A stretch of DNA of 57,354 nt, from the NCBI GenBank assembly GCA_002683785.1, contig NYUB01000029.1, positions 1-57,354 of the forward strand, read 5' to 3'. Source of the DNA: Deltaproteobacteria bacterium (lineage in GTDB: Bacteria > SAR324 > NAC60-12). The notes beneath the pieces were generated by a model that saw only the letters and a list, made by a program, of their open reading frames with translations, was not told the DNA's origin and ran no database searches. The position numbers were made by a program, and so were the translations under genes. Shown here piece by piece: positions 46,282 through 56,426 of this stretch. The stretch's first letter is position 1. Every line of letters starts with the position of its first letter.

Positions 46282-48183
46282 ATGAGCTACCAAAAAGAAT
46301 ACCGTGAATCGATAGAACATCCTGAAGCATTTTGGAGCCGCCAGGCAGAATTGATTTCATGGTTTGAGAAACCGAAGACCATCCTTTCCCAGGATGAAAA
46401 GGGTTTCTATCATTGGTTCAAAGGAGGGAAACTCAATACGAGTTACCTAACACTTGATTTCCATGTTGAAAACGGAAGAGCTGATCAGACGGCACTGATT
46501 TACGATTCCCCAGTTACAGAGACGGTCCTTCGTTACAGCTTCCAGGAATTAAAGGAAGAAGTTTCTAAGTTTGCAGGGGTTTTGCGTGAAAAGGGTATTG
46601 AAAAGGGGGACCGTGTTATCATTTATATGCCGATGATTCCAGAAGCAGTGGTGGCGATGCTGGCCTGTGCCAGACTGGGAGCCATTCACTCAGTAGTTTT
46701 TGGTGGATTTGCACCGAACGAATTGGCAATTCGTATCGATGATGCAAAACCAAAGGTTTTGGTTACAGCTTCATGTGGAATCGAATTCTCCAACATCATC
46801 GAATACAAACCCCTGGTTGATGAGGCTCTAAGAATTTCAAATGATCCTCCTGTCAACGTCATACTGCTTCAAAGACCCCAGGCCAATGCCTCCATGCAGG
46901 CAGGAAGGGACTTTGACTGGGATGAGTTGATGTCCTCTGCAAATCCTGCGGACCCGGTGCCAGTTGATGCTACCGATCCACTTTATATTCTCTACACTTC
47001 CGGAACAACTGGGTTGCCAAAGGGAGTGGTTCGTGAAAATGGCGGCCATGCAGTTGCACTGAAGTACAGCATGAAATCGATCTTCAACTCCAATCCCGGA
47101 GAAGTTTATTGGGCCGGATCCGATGTAGGCTGGGTGGTCGGACATTCTTACATCGTCTATGCCCCATTGATTCATGGATGCGCGACCATCCTCTATGAGG
47201 GAAAACCTGTCAGAACGCCTGACGCCGGGGCTTTTTGGAGGGTGATTTCCGATCATCAGGTCAATACCTTCTTCACAGCTCCCACGGCTTTTCGAGCCGT
47301 CAAGAAGGAAGATCCTGAGGCAAAACTAAAGGATCAGTATGATATTAGCAGTCTAAGGACTCTTTTTCTTGCAGGAGAAAGGTTGGATCCTCCCACTTAT
47401 GATTGGCTGGAGGGAATCATGAACTGCCCCGTGGTGGATCACTGGTGGCAAACGGAATCCGGCTGGCCGATGTGTTCCAACCCGATGGGGCTGGAAGCTC
47501 ATCCGGTCAAGGTTGGTTCAGCGACCTTCCCTGTGCCGGGTTATGACATCCAGGTGCTTGATGATGAAGGTCAACCTTGTGAACCAGGAACCACGGGTAA
47601 TATTGTGGTCAAGCTCCCACTTCCGCCAAGCTGTTTTCCCACGCTTTGGAACGATGATGAACGTTTCCAGAAATCCTACCTATCGCAATTTCCAGGATAT
47701 TATCAGACCGGTGACGGAGGGATCATCGACGAGGACGGCTATGTTTTCATTATGGGACGGGTGGATGATGTGATTAATGTTGCTGGACATCGTCTTTCAA
47801 CAGGACAAATGGAAGAGCTGATTGGTTCTCACAATGGGGTTGCCGAATGTGCTGTGGTAGGGATTGATGATGAACTGCGTGGCCAGGTTCCGGTGGGCTT
47901 TGCTGTGCTAAAGGATGGTGTTCAAATAGGACAGGATGATCTTGAAAAAGAACTGGTCGCCATCATTCGGAATGAAATTGGAGCGGTAGCCTGCTTCAGA
48001 AAATCCGCCATTGTTAAAAGGCTGCCCAAAACCCGATCCGGTAAGATCCTAAGAAAAACCATCCGACAACTTGCCTTTGAAGAAGATGTTCCGGTTCCTG
48101 CGACCATAGATGATCCAGTGATACTTTCAGAAATTAAGGATGCTATGGAAGCTTGTGGGATCGGCAAATATTCCGAAAGTTGA
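46282..48183 (+). CDS. prpE: propionate--CoA ligase-like acyl-CoA synthetase (ACS family)
   Basis: 633 aa. The N-terminus parallels PrpE (PEAFWSRQA, IYMPMIPEAVVAMLACARLGAIHSVVFGGFA, RIDDAKPK). AMP-binding motif YTSGTTGLPKGV. GGGAGG Shine-Dalgarno upstream. Confidence 0.75.
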   Translation: MSYQKEYRESIEHPEAFWSRQAELISWFEKPKTILSQDEKGFYHWFKGGKLNTSYLTLDFHVENGRADQTALIYDSPVTETVLRYSFQELKEEVSKFAGVLREKGIEKGDRVIIYMPMIPEAVVAMLACARLGAIHSVVFGGFAPNELAIRIDDAKPKVLVTASCGIEFSNIIEYKPLVDEALRISNDPPVNVILLQRPQANASMQAGRDFDWDELMSSANPADPVPVDATDPLYILYTSGTTGLPKGVVRENGGHAVALKYSMKSIFNSNPGEVYWAGSDVGWVVGHSYIVYAPLIHGCATILYEGKPVRTPDAGAFWRVISDHQVNTFFTAPTAFRAVKKEDPEAKLKDQYDISSLRTLFLAGERLDPPTYDWLEGIMNCPVVDHWWQTESGWPMCSNPMGLEAHPVKVGSATFPVPGYDIQVLDDEGQPCEPGTTGNIVVKLPLPPSCFPTLWNDDERFQKSYLSQFPGYYQTGDGGIIDEDGYVFIMGRVDDVINVAGHRLSTGQMEELIGSHNGVAECAVVGIDDELRGQVPVGFAVLKDGVQIGQDDLEKELVAIIRNEIGAVACFRKSAIVKRLPKTRSGKILRKTIRQLAFEEDVPVPATIDDPVILSEIKDAMEACGIGKYSES

Positions 48184-48275
48184 TTCGAGGAAGCCAGCAA
48201 AGATTTTGATTTCGACTCTCAAGAATAAATCCAATTATTTTTGATAAACCTCAACGTCATATGATTTATGGTTTT

Positions 48276-48995
48276 TCAAGTGTTTTTAAAACCAAGGTAA
48301 TTTTCAACAAGACCTGAATTCTTGAGCAGAGCATTCCCACTTCCTTGCATCACTAATTTTCCACTTTCTAGGACATAACCATAGTCAGCAATTTCAAGGG
48401 TCTGTTTTAGATTTTGCTCTACCATCAAAATGGTCTGCCCTTCTTCACGAAGTTTTAGAATCAGATCAAAAAATTCTTTTACTGCGATTGGAGCTAAACC
48501 AAGGGTTGGTTCATCAAGCAGGAGCAGTTTAGGTTTGGAAATCAAGCCTCTTGCCAATGCTATCAACTGAGCCTGTCCTCCACTCAGACTTGCTCCTGAG
48601 GTATTCAGCCGGTTTTTGATGATTGGAAACCTTTTAAGCAGATCTTGTGGTAATTTGTTTTTAAGCAACAACCCTCCCTTAGAATGCAACCCAGCCATTA
48701 AATTTTCTTGAACCGTCAGTGTAGGAAACAACTGGCGGCCTTCTGGAACTAGAACAAGACCTTTGCCAACAATCTGGTGGGTTGGTAGGCCGTGAATCTT
48801 TTCGTTAGAAAATATGATGGAACCTGAGGAAGGAGGGTGAATACCAGCAATGGCGTTTAGCACCGAAGTTTTACCTGAACCATTTGTACCTGTGATGGCA
48901 ACAATATTTCCTTTATCTACTGTTAGATTTAGATTTTCCAGAACCCGAACCTCACCGTATTGAACATTCAGCTGAGAAACTTCAAGCATGGCCAT
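48276..48995 (-). CDS. branched-chain-type ABC transporter ATPase, LivF-like (set 1)
   Basis: Walker A GTNGSGKTS, signature LSGGQAQ, Walker B LLLLDEP. The ATG at 48995 overlaps the upstream TGA. Confidence 0.85.
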   Translation of the reverse strand: MAMLEVSQLNVQYGEVRVLENLNLTVDKGNIVAITGTNGSGKTSVLNAIAGIHPPSSGSIIFSNEKIHGLPTHQIVGKGLVLVPEGRQLFPTLTVQENLMAGLHSKGGLLLKNKLPQDLLKRFPIIKNRLNTSGASLSGGQAQLIALARGLISKPKLLLLDEPTLGLAPIAVKEFFDLILKLREEGQTILMVEQNLKQTLEIADYGYVLESGKLVMQGSGNALLKNSGLVENYLGFKNT

Positions 48996-49735
48996 CAAAT
49001 CCCTATATATGCTTCCAAAACTTTTTTATGAGAAAGAACCTCATGGGTTTCTCCCTCAACAATTTTTTCTCCATGATTAAGAACCACAAGGTGGTTGCAA
49101 ATTTTTGAGATCAGGTCCATTTTGTGTTCAATCAAAACAATGGTTCGTCCAGGGGCCACATGGAGATTAATCAGTTCAGCCATTTCAAAGGTTTCTGAAG
49201 GAGTCATTCCACCAGCAGGTTCATCCAGTAAAATCACTTCGGGTTCAGCTACAAGGGCTCTTGCAATCTCTAATTTTCTCCTTAAGGGCAAAGGCAGTTC
49301 TTCAGCAAAAAGATTCCTTTGATCTTTCAAATTCATAATCTCAAGAACTTCATGAGCTTTGTTCAGATTGAATTTGTTTCTAGTAAAAGGGTAAGAAAAC
49401 CAATTATTTCTTTTGTTTTTTTCTTTAGTCACTAATGAAGCCATGATGTTTTCCATGACTGTCATGCGTTTAAAAAGCCTGATGTTCTGAAATGTCCTTG
49501 CGATACTCTTTTGAGCAAAGCATTCAGCAGATTCACCAGTAAGGTTTTGCTGGTGAAAATAAATCGATCCTGAATCTGGAGCATAGATTCCAGTCATGAT
49601 GTTGATGAGAGTTGTTTTACCAGAACCATTTGGCCCGATTAAACCAGTTATGATCTTTGGCTTCAACTGCAGGTCTAATTGATCAAGAGCCTTCAAGCTT
49701 CCAAAAGATTTGCTGATGGACCTCAAATCAAACAT
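48995..49735 (-). CDS. branched-chain-type ABC transporter ATPase, LivG-like (set 1) with degenerate signature motif
   Basis: Walker A GPNGSGKTT and Walker B ILLDEPAGG. The signature position reads LPLPLRRK (49274-49297) instead of L[AS]YGxQRR. ATG at 49735, 4 nt after the livM-like stop. Confidence 0.85.
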   Translation of the reverse strand: MFDLRSISKSFGSLKALDQLDLQLKPKIITGLIGPNGSGKTTLINIMTGIYAPDSGSIYFHQQNLTGESAECFAQKSIARTFQNIRLFKRMTVMENIMASLVTKEKNKRNNWFSYPFTRNKFNLNKAHEVLEIMNLKDQRNLFAEELPLPLRRKLEIARALVAEPEVILLDEPAGGMTPSETFEMAELINLHVAPGRTIVLIEHKMDLISKICNHLVVLNHGEKIVEGETHEVLSHKKVLEAYIGI

Positions 49736-50633
49736 GGGTTTTACCTTCCCAAAATTTCTTGAATCGATGGACTCTTTTTTCATCTAGGATTCCTCGAGGC
49801 ATGAAGATCAACATGACCGCCATCAAGCCCCCAAAGACAATCATTCTGTATCCTTGAATTCCCCTAATTGACTCAAGAAAACCAATGTCAAGGACGACAC
49901 CGATAATCGGCCCCAAAACGGTTCCTAATCCTCCGATTAGACCATATGCCAGTGAGTGGACTCCAAGCATCACATTGAAGATCTGGGGTTCGATGTAGGT
50001 GAAAGAGTGGGCATAGAGCATTCCTCCCAAGCCAGCAGCAAATCCAGCAAGACTTGCTGCAAGAACTTTATACCGAATGATTTTTACTCCTTGCACACTT
50101 GCCAGCAAGGGATCTTGACCAAGCATCCTGAAGATCATTCCAAGCTTGGAGTGTTCAATCAGATAGATAAATGCAATCAACAGGAAGAGAACTAAATAGA
50201 TCAGTAAGGTATACTCGAGAATGCTGATGTCATTTTCAAAAATCCATCGGATTTCTCCAAAACCCTCTGATCCGTTCGGGCCAATCCATTCACCATCTAT
50301 TTCAAACTGATAACTGAATTTCAACAAAGACAACCGGACCATTTCTGCAAAAGCCAATGTTGCAATGGAATAATAAATTCCGTTGATTCGGACGGTGAGA
50401 GCACTGATCAAACCACCGGCAACGCCAGCCAGGAAACTTCCAAAGATCAAAGCCATCCAGAAAGGCCAACCCCAAAGGGTTGTTGCAATGGATCCTGCGT
50501 AAGCACTGATACCGAAGTATGCCTGTTGCCCAAATGAGATTTCTCCAGTAATCAGAATCAAGTAAGCCGAGATTGCTATCATCGATATCATTCCAATATT
50601 GGAAATCACGGTCAGCAAATAATCGTTCAGCAT
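49728..50633 (-). CDS. branched-chain-type ABC permease, LivM-like (set 1)
   Basis: 301-aa polytopic membrane protein with typical LivM length and hydrophobic pattern. Confidence 0.8.
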   Translation of the reverse strand: MLNDYLLTVISNIGMISMIAISAYLILITGEISFGQQAYFGISAYAGSIATTLWGWPFWMALIFGSFLAGVAGGLISALTVRINGIYYSIATLAFAEMVRLSLLKFSYQFEIDGEWIGPNGSEGFGEIRWIFENDISILEYTLLIYLVLFLLIAFIYLIEHSKLGMIFRMLGQDPLLASVQGVKIIRYKVLAASLAGFAAGLGGMLYAHSFTYIEPQIFNVMLGVHSLAYGLIGGLGTVLGPIIGVVLDIGFLESIRGIQGYRMIVFGGLMAVMLIFMPRGILDEKRVHRFKKFWEGKTHV

Positions 50634-50642
50634 TTCCTTTTT

Positions 50643-51545
50643 TTAGACACGTTCAGAGGCGATTTTCTGATGAATTTCTATTTTATGCCCGAAAATTCCT
50701 CCAGGGCGAATGATCAGCATGGTAAAAAGCAGCATGAATGATGAGATATCCCGTATGACTGGATCTCCATACCAAAAGGCATTGGCTTCAATGACACCGA
50801 GTATCAGTCCTCCCAAAACAGCTCCTGAAAGGGATCCTATTCCACCAAGCATCATGGCAATCAATCCCTTGAAGGTGGCCCAGAGACCAAAAAAGGGAGT
50901 GATTTGAGAATCTGCTGAAAGGATTAGAAATCCTGCGATTCCTCCAATGATGGAAACGATGATGAAAGCAAGAAAGAGCACACTGGATCCATCAATCCCC
51001 ATATAGGCTGATGCCGAAGGATGATCTGAATATGCTCGGATGGCTAATCCGATCCGAGTCCTGTAAATAAAGGCATGTAAAATCAATAGCAGCAGCAACA
51101 TCACGACAAACATGAAAAGATATTCACTGCGTGCTGTAAATGGACCAAATTCCAAAAGCCCTGAATCGAAGAATGCTGGAAAGGGATAAGTCCTTTCAGG
51201 AAGAAGATGAAGTGCAATTTCTTCAAGTTGCATCCAGATGGCAAAGCTGGAAACCATCGAGGCGATGGTAGTTTCCTTACTCACCGCTCTGAAACAAAGT
51301 TGTTCTACATAGATTCCGATAACAACCGTAGCGCAAATTGTTGTTAGTAATACTAACCAGATGTTGTCGGCAATGTTCAGAAAGGACCAGGTTCCCACAT
51401 AGGCTCCTAGCATGATGCTAGGGCCATAGGATAAATTGAGACGTTTTAAGACACCAAAAACGAGGGTAAAACCTAGTGCAAGGAGGGAATAACCCGAACC
51501 GACCATGATTCCGTCGATACAATTCTGAACAAAGTCGGTGATCAT
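50643..51545 (-). CDS. branched-chain-type ABC permease, LivH-like (set 1)
   Basis: 300-aa polytopic membrane protein. The N-terminus (FVQNCIDGIMVGSGYSLLALGFTLVFG) is typical of LivH. Confidence 0.8.
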   Translation of the reverse strand: MITDFVQNCIDGIMVGSGYSLLALGFTLVFGVLKRLNLSYGPSIMLGAYVGTWSFLNIADNIWLVLLTTICATVVIGIYVEQLCFRAVSKETTIASMVSSFAIWMQLEEIALHLLPERTYPFPAFFDSGLLEFGPFTARSEYLFMFVVMLLLLLILHAFIYRTRIGLAIRAYSDHPSASAYMGIDGSSVLFLAFIIVSIIGGIAGFLILSADSQITPFFGLWATFKGLIAMMLGGIGSLSGAVLGGLILGVIEANAFWYGDPVIRDISSFMLLFTMLIIRPGGIFGHKIEIHQKIASERV

Positions 51546-51573
51546 CTCAACCGATTGGGTTCAGGATATCCTG

Positions 51574-52290
51574 TCAGCTGACTTCGGAGCCGAGGTAGGC
51601 ACGGCGGATGACTTCATCTTGATGGATTTCAGAGGGATTTCCATTGAAGGTAACCTTTCCCTGTTCAATGAGGTAGACATGGTCTGCGACCGTTAAAGCC
51701 ATTTTTGCATTTTGTTCTACAAGTAGAATGGTCACCCCTTCCTCATTCAGTTGGCGGATAATATTAAAGATTTCCTTCACTATCAGAGGAGCAAGTCCGA
51801 GAGAAGGTTCATCCATCAATAGGATCTTTGGTTTTGCCATAAGAGCACGTGCAATGGCAAGCATTTGCTGTTCCCCACCTGAAAGGGTTCCTGCCATTTG
51901 CTCTTTTCGTTCATGTAAACGTGGAAACCTTTCATACATTTTCAGGATATCCTCTTGTATGCCTGCATCCTTCAAAGGTCTCGACAAGGCACCAGTATCT
52001 AAGTTTTCTGCAATAGTCATCTGGGGGAAAATCAAACGGTTTTCAGGAACAAGAGCGATTCCTTTTCGGACCCTGCTCTGAGCAGACACATGGGTAAGGT
52101 TCTCATCTTCAAGGAATAGGGTTCCAGTACGTGGTTTGAGAATGCCTGCAATGGTGAACATGGTAGTCGTTTTTCCAGCACCATTAGGTCCCAGAACACA
52201 AGTCACTTCACCTTTCCTGGCTTCGAGGGTCAATCCTTTGAGTGCTTCAATTTCACCATAAAAGGTTCTGATATCTTCTAGATAGAGCAT
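51574..52290 (-). CDS. branched-chain-type ABC transporter ATPase, LivF-like (set 2)
   Basis: Walker A GPNGAGKTT, signature LSGGEQQMLAIARAL, Walker B LLMDEPSLGLAP. Confidence 0.88.
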   Translation of the reverse strand: MLYLEDIRTFYGEIEALKGLTLEARKGEVTCVLGPNGAGKTTTMFTIAGILKPRTGTLFLEDENLTHVSAQSRVRKGIALVPENRLIFPQMTIAENLDTGALSRPLKDAGIQEDILKMYERFPRLHERKEQMAGTLSGGEQQMLAIARALMAKPKILLMDEPSLGLAPLIVKEIFNIIRQLNEEGVTILLVEQNAKMALTVADHVYLIEQGKVTFNGNPSEIHQDEVIRRAYLGSEVS

Positions 52291-52296
52291 CCTATC

Positions 52297-53049
52297 TTAA
52301 TCCTCTTCTGTGTAGCCAAGGTAGGCTTCTTGTACGGCTTCATTCTTCTGGATATCATCAGGGGTACCTTCTGCTATTTTTGATCCGAAATTCAGCACTG
52401 CAATTCGGTCTGTGACGCCCATTACCAATTCCATGACATGTTCTACTAAAATGATCGTGGTTCCTTTTTTCTGAAGTTGTCGGATTCTTGAGTCGAGGTC
52501 ACGTATTTCGTCCTGGTTCATACCTGCAGCAGGTTCATCCAAAAGAAGGAGACGAGGTTTTGTTGCAGTGGCTCGCGCTAATTCAAGACGTCTTTGTTCC
52601 CCAAAGGCAAGGCTGGATGCCAGTTCATCTGCTCGTTCTGCGAGACTGGAAAATTCAAGTATCTCATCGATTTCTTTTTTTACCTTACTGTTTTTTCCTA
52701 ACCATCGTGAAACTCGGCTTTCACTCTTTATGTCTTCAATTGAATTACGTGCAACCCATAGGTTTTGCCAAACTGTCAGTCCAGGAAAGAGACGGATGTT
52801 TTGAAATGTTCTTGCGATGCCAGAACTCAAACGCTCGTGAGCAGGGCAACCGATGACTGTTTTACCTGAAAAAACAACATCACCTTTGGTGGGTGGAAAG
52901 ACTCCGCAGACGACATTAACCAGAGTACTTTTCCCCGATCCATTGGGTCCAATGATGCCAAAAATCTCTCCTTCGTGGATCGAGAGATTCAGCATATCCA
53001 GTGCCTTGACACCACCAAAATGTTTTGAAAGGGATTTGATTTCAAGCAC
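52297..53049 (-). CDS. branched-chain-type ABC transporter ATPase, LivG-like (set 2)
   Basis: Walker A GPNGSGKST, signature LAFGEQRRLELARA, Walker B LLLDEPAAGM. Apparent GTG start. Confidence 0.88.
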   Translation of the reverse strand: MLEIKSLSKHFGGVKALDMLNLSIHEGEIFGIIGPNGSGKSTLVNVVCGVFPPTKGDVVFSGKTVIGCPAHERLSSGIARTFQNIRLFPGLTVWQNLWVARNSIEDIKSESRVSRWLGKNSKVKKEIDEILEFSSLAERADELASSLAFGEQRRLELARATATKPRLLLLDEPAAGMNQDEIRDLDSRIRQLQKKGTTIILVEHVMELVMGVTDRIAVLNFGSKIAEGTPDDIQKNEAVQEAYLGYTEED

Positions 53050-53097
53050 TAGACAAAGGAGATTGAATTAACTTGGAATGCTGTTAGTGATGTTATT

Positions 53098-53994
53098 TTA
53101 TGATTTGAATCGAAGCGACTGTTTGATCAAACGAAGGCTTTGATTATCAAAAAGACCATCTGGTTTAAAGTTCATTGACAAAATAATCAAAACTCCAAAC
53201 AGGATCATCCGCCAGTCTCCAAGAAAGCGAAGTCCCTCAACCAAAATTCCCTGAATAAAGACCACTGCCACCAGAGTTCCAAAAACATTGGAAAGCCCAC
53301 CTAGGATCGGATAAGCAATAGCGAAAGTTCCCAATAAAACAGTAAAACTATGATGATCCAGAGAAGTGACCTGATGGGAATATAGCCCCCCAGCCAGTCC
53401 TGCAATAAAACCTCCTGCAGTCATTGCCGATACTTTGACAACCGTCAAATTGATTCCAACACTGCTTGCGGCCAGTTCATCTTCACCGACTGCACGAAGA
53501 ACGGCTCCTGCACGACATTGATCAATCCACCAAAGCACAGCCATAATCATCAAAACAAAAACCCAAATCAAAAAAGTGACTTCCCAATTGCTCCATCCGT
53601 TATCGCTAAAGTATCTTATTTCGGCAAAACCCATGGTCCCGTCTGGACCAATTTCCTGACCGTCTCGCGTGATTTGCCATTTGAAGTTATAGAAAAACAT
53701 TCTCATGAATTCACTGAATGCAATGGTTGCCACGACAAGCATCAACCCTTTGACCCTGAGTGCAGGGAATCCCACAAGAAACGCCAGTAAACCCGCCAAA
53801 AGCATCGCAATGAATATTGCCGGGATAATATTCCATTCAAATAACACCGTCATGATTGCTGCACTATAGGAACCCACTGCAAAAAATCCTGCTTGAGCCA
53901 TTGAAAGTTGCCCAGTCAGCATAAGTATGTATGCCGATAGTCCGAGCAGAGTATGAATACCTATGGTATTGATAAGATTTAGATAAAAATCCAT
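53098..53994 (-). CDS. branched-chain-type ABC permease, LivM-like (set 2)
   Basis: 298-aa polytopic membrane protein, collinear with the set 1 LivM-like protein but clearly divergent in sequence. Confidence 0.8.
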   Translation of the reverse strand: MDFYLNLINTIGIHTLLGLSAYILMLTGQLSMAQAGFFAVGSYSAAIMTVLFEWNIIPAIFIAMLLAGLLAFLVGFPALRVKGLMLVVATIAFSEFMRMFFYNFKWQITRDGQEIGPDGTMGFAEIRYFSDNGWSNWEVTFLIWVFVLMIMAVLWWIDQCRAGAVLRAVGEDELAASSVGINLTVVKVSAMTAGGFIAGLAGGLYSHQVTSLDHHSFTVLLGTFAIAYPILGGLSNVFGTLVAVVFIQGILVEGLRFLGDWRMILFGVLIILSMNFKPDGLFDNQSLRLIKQSLRFKS

Positions 53995-54022
53995 GAAGCA
54001 ATGACTAAATGAGTTCTAATCT

Positions 54023-54919
54023 TCAATCTCGTGTAATGGTCTTTGAAAAAAGACCATTCGGACGAAAGACAAGAAAAATAAACAACAGTGCCACAACATA
54101 CATATCCCTTTCATCAATACCACGTACATAAAGGAAAACATTTTCGAATCCACCTACAAAAAGTCCCGCAATGATCGCTCCTGGAATCGAACCCAATCCT
54201 CCAATCACTGTTACAATCAGTCCTTTGATGGTTAATGGCACTGTCATTACTGGTGAAAGGACTCCCACGGCAGCAGCAGTCATAGCCCCCGCGATTCCAC
54301 CCAAAAGTCCTGCAATTGCAAAAGTCATGGAATTGGTCTTATGGACTCCAATGCCACATAATCGAGCGGCAACATCCTGTTGGGCAACTGCCCTTGTAGC
54401 AAGCCCTAGTCGGGTTCGAAACAGTACATAAAGAAGAATTCCTGTACTGACCAATCCAATCAAAAAAACGAAAAGAAGGTCTCCTCGGATTCCAAATGGA
54501 CCGATTTCGAAGTATGAATCTTCAAAAATGCTTGGAAAGGTCAATGGTGAGCCTTGGGTTGCATGAACGATCAATTCATCTATCAGAAATAGTCCTCCTA
54601 CGGAGGCCATTAATGCTGCAAGGTGGTTGCTGGACGGTATGAAACGGAAACAGCAAAGATACAACAGATAGCCCAAAACAGCGGATGCAAAAGAAGAAAT
54701 TAAAAATACGAGAAACAAAGGAGCATCAATCAATACAAATGCAGCCAATCCCGAATAGGCTCCAGCGATGGCAGCAGCGGCATAAGACATGTTTAATTTG
54801 CCCATAGCGCCAAAAATAAGGGTGAAACCAATCCCAATGAGCGCATAAGTGGATCCAAACAATAATCCATCCCCTATGGTTTGAATGATTTCTATGAACT
54901 CATACCAGAAATCTTCCAT
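54023..54919 (-). CDS. branched-chain-type ABC permease, LivH-like (set 2)
   Basis: 298-aa polytopic membrane protein. LLFGSTYALIGIGFTLIFG is a LivH-type N-terminus. Confidence 0.8.
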   Translation of the reverse strand: MEDFWYEFIEIIQTIGDGLLFGSTYALIGIGFTLIFGAMGKLNMSYAAAAIAGAYSGLAAFVLIDAPLFLVFLISSFASAVLGYLLYLCCFRFIPSSNHLAALMASVGGLFLIDELIVHATQGSPLTFPSIFEDSYFEIGPFGIRGDLLFVFLIGLVSTGILLYVLFRTRLGLATRAVAQQDVAARLCGIGVHKTNSMTFAIAGLLGGIAGAMTAAAVGVLSPVMTVPLTIKGLIVTVIGGLGSIPGAIIAGLFVGGFENVFLYVRGIDERDMYVVALLFIFLVFRPNGLFSKTITRD

Positions 54920-54999
54920 AATTCGCTAATTAAAATACTTCCAAAAAATTATACCGTCATCAATGTATGGACAGCTTATTTTGCAAATAATTAAACAAA

Positions 55000-55078
55000 G
55001 AATGATTGTGGAGAATTTCCACTTTTAGATCAGAAAGATCATCCCGCCAAATAGAGATTTGACGGAATGATTGTGGAG
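55000..55078. repeat. 14-bp direct repeat GAATGATTGTGGAG x2 (55000-55013 and 55065-55078) in the livJ-livH spacer
   Basis: Exact copies read directly, 65 bp apart. The first copy overlaps a small palindrome, GTGGAgaattTCCAC. Confidence 0.5.
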
Positions 55079-55087
55079 GAATATTAA

Positions 55088-56362
55088 TCAGCCACGTGGG
55101 TCATGAATGACCTTCCATTTACCATTAACTACTTGAGCGTAGACATATGGTTTGGTCGCTTCTCCTGAATCAGGATCACGAGTAACTGGACCAATTAATC
55201 CGTCCATAGCAGTTATTGAAGCCAGAGCATTTCTGAAATTCATCCTATCCTGCTGAAGACTATTAGGAGTTCCCATGAGTGAAGCTCTTTCTACTGCAGT
55301 TTTGACAAGATAAGCATTTTCCCATGCAGCACTACTATGAAGGTCCAAGAAACCTCCTGCTTTGGCTACAATACCATTAGCTTTGTTGGCTTCTGCAGTG
55401 ATAGGAGCAAAACCTGTAGGGATGATGATTCCTTCTGCAGCTTTCATACAGCCATTCAGGGTTTCCTGACTTGCTGAACTGGTCAGACCGACAAGCATCT
55501 TTGGCTTAATTCTCTGACGCTTCATTTCCTTAAGCATTCCACATGCAGAAAATGGGTGTGATGCAACAATGACCATATCAGCATTCTGCTTCTTTATTTT
55601 ACGAGCTTGTACTGTGTAGTTCGTGTCCCCCATCAGCCAATGCTGAGATTTAGCTGCAGCGATAAGTTCTTTTTTACCCTGACCAACTTTAGGTCCTAAT
55701 TGTGAAACTGATGGACCAACCCATTCAAAACCAGCTTTGATCGCTTTTTGAACAATAATGGCAGTATAGGTACCAAAAGAATGTCCTTGGTCAGTTTCAG
55801 AACCGCCAGTGAATGTCTTTACATTGGGATGTGTTTTTTTGAGCCATGCGAAAAGTTCATCGTACATGCTAACTTCATTCGGAACATTTCGGAAAGCCCA
55901 ATCAGAGATTTTAGCGAGTCCAGGACGAATGCAGGTATCAGCAAGAATAGGCATCTGCAAACCTGAATCAGAGGTATCACCAACCTTTTTCTGAAGAACA
56001 CCGAACATTGCCTGACAGACTCCTGAACAAGTGGTACCCATACCAACAACCGCATCAGTTGTCGAAGCTGTTTTACGAAGAATCGCAATGGCCTGATCTT
56101 TCTTACAGGAACTGTCTTCATAACCGATAACTTCCATCGGTACCATTGTTCCATCACCCATTCTTACACCACCGGCAGAATTGATTTGGTCCACAGCAGA
56201 CCTCAATGCAGCTTCTGAATTGACCCCAAATGACTTTAACGGACCAGACTTTGCTCCCCATCCCAACACTTTAACGGACCTGTCTGCAGCAAAAGAGTTT
56301 TGAGCAAATATAAAAAAGCTCACTAACAACCCTGCCATTAATAATTGAGTTATTTTTTTCAT
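55088..56362 (-). CDS. Liv-type (Peripla_BP_6-like) periplasmic substrate-binding protein
   Basis: 424 aa. Signal peptide MKKITQLLMAGLLVSFFIFAQNSFA. Two-lobe SBP-like sequence. It is the only SBP gene in the array. Confidence 0.8.
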   Translation of the reverse strand: MKKITQLLMAGLLVSFFIFAQNSFAADRSVKVLGWGAKSGPLKSFGVNSEAALRSAVDQINSAGGVRMGDGTMVPMEVIGYEDSSCKKDQAIAILRKTASTTDAVVGMGTTCSGVCQAMFGVLQKKVGDTSDSGLQMPILADTCIRPGLAKISDWAFRNVPNEVSMYDELFAWLKKTHPNVKTFTGGSETDQGHSFGTYTAIIVQKAIKAGFEWVGPSVSQLGPKVGQGKKELIAAAKSQHWLMGDTNYTVQARKIKKQNADMVIVASHPFSACGMLKEMKRQRIKPKMLVGLTSSASQETLNGCMKAAEGIIIPTGFAPITAEANKANGIVAKAGGFLDLHSSAAWENAYLVKTAVERASLMGTPNSLQQDRMNFRNALASITAMDGLIGPVTRDPDSGEATKPYVYAQVVNGKWKVIHDPRG

Positions 56363-56397
56363 TTTTCCCTTTTTATTTAGTTAAATATTTTATGTGT

Positions 56398-56425
56398 TAT
56401 CACCTTTCCTAAATTGGAGGTGATA
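56398..56425 (-). other. 8-bp stem hairpin TATCACCT/AGGTGATA with 12-nt loop, immediately after the upstream stop codon
   Basis: Read directly. No U-run follows on the transcribed (minus) strand, so it is more likely an mRNA-processing or stability element than a terminator. Confidence 0.35.
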
Positions 56426-56426
56426 T

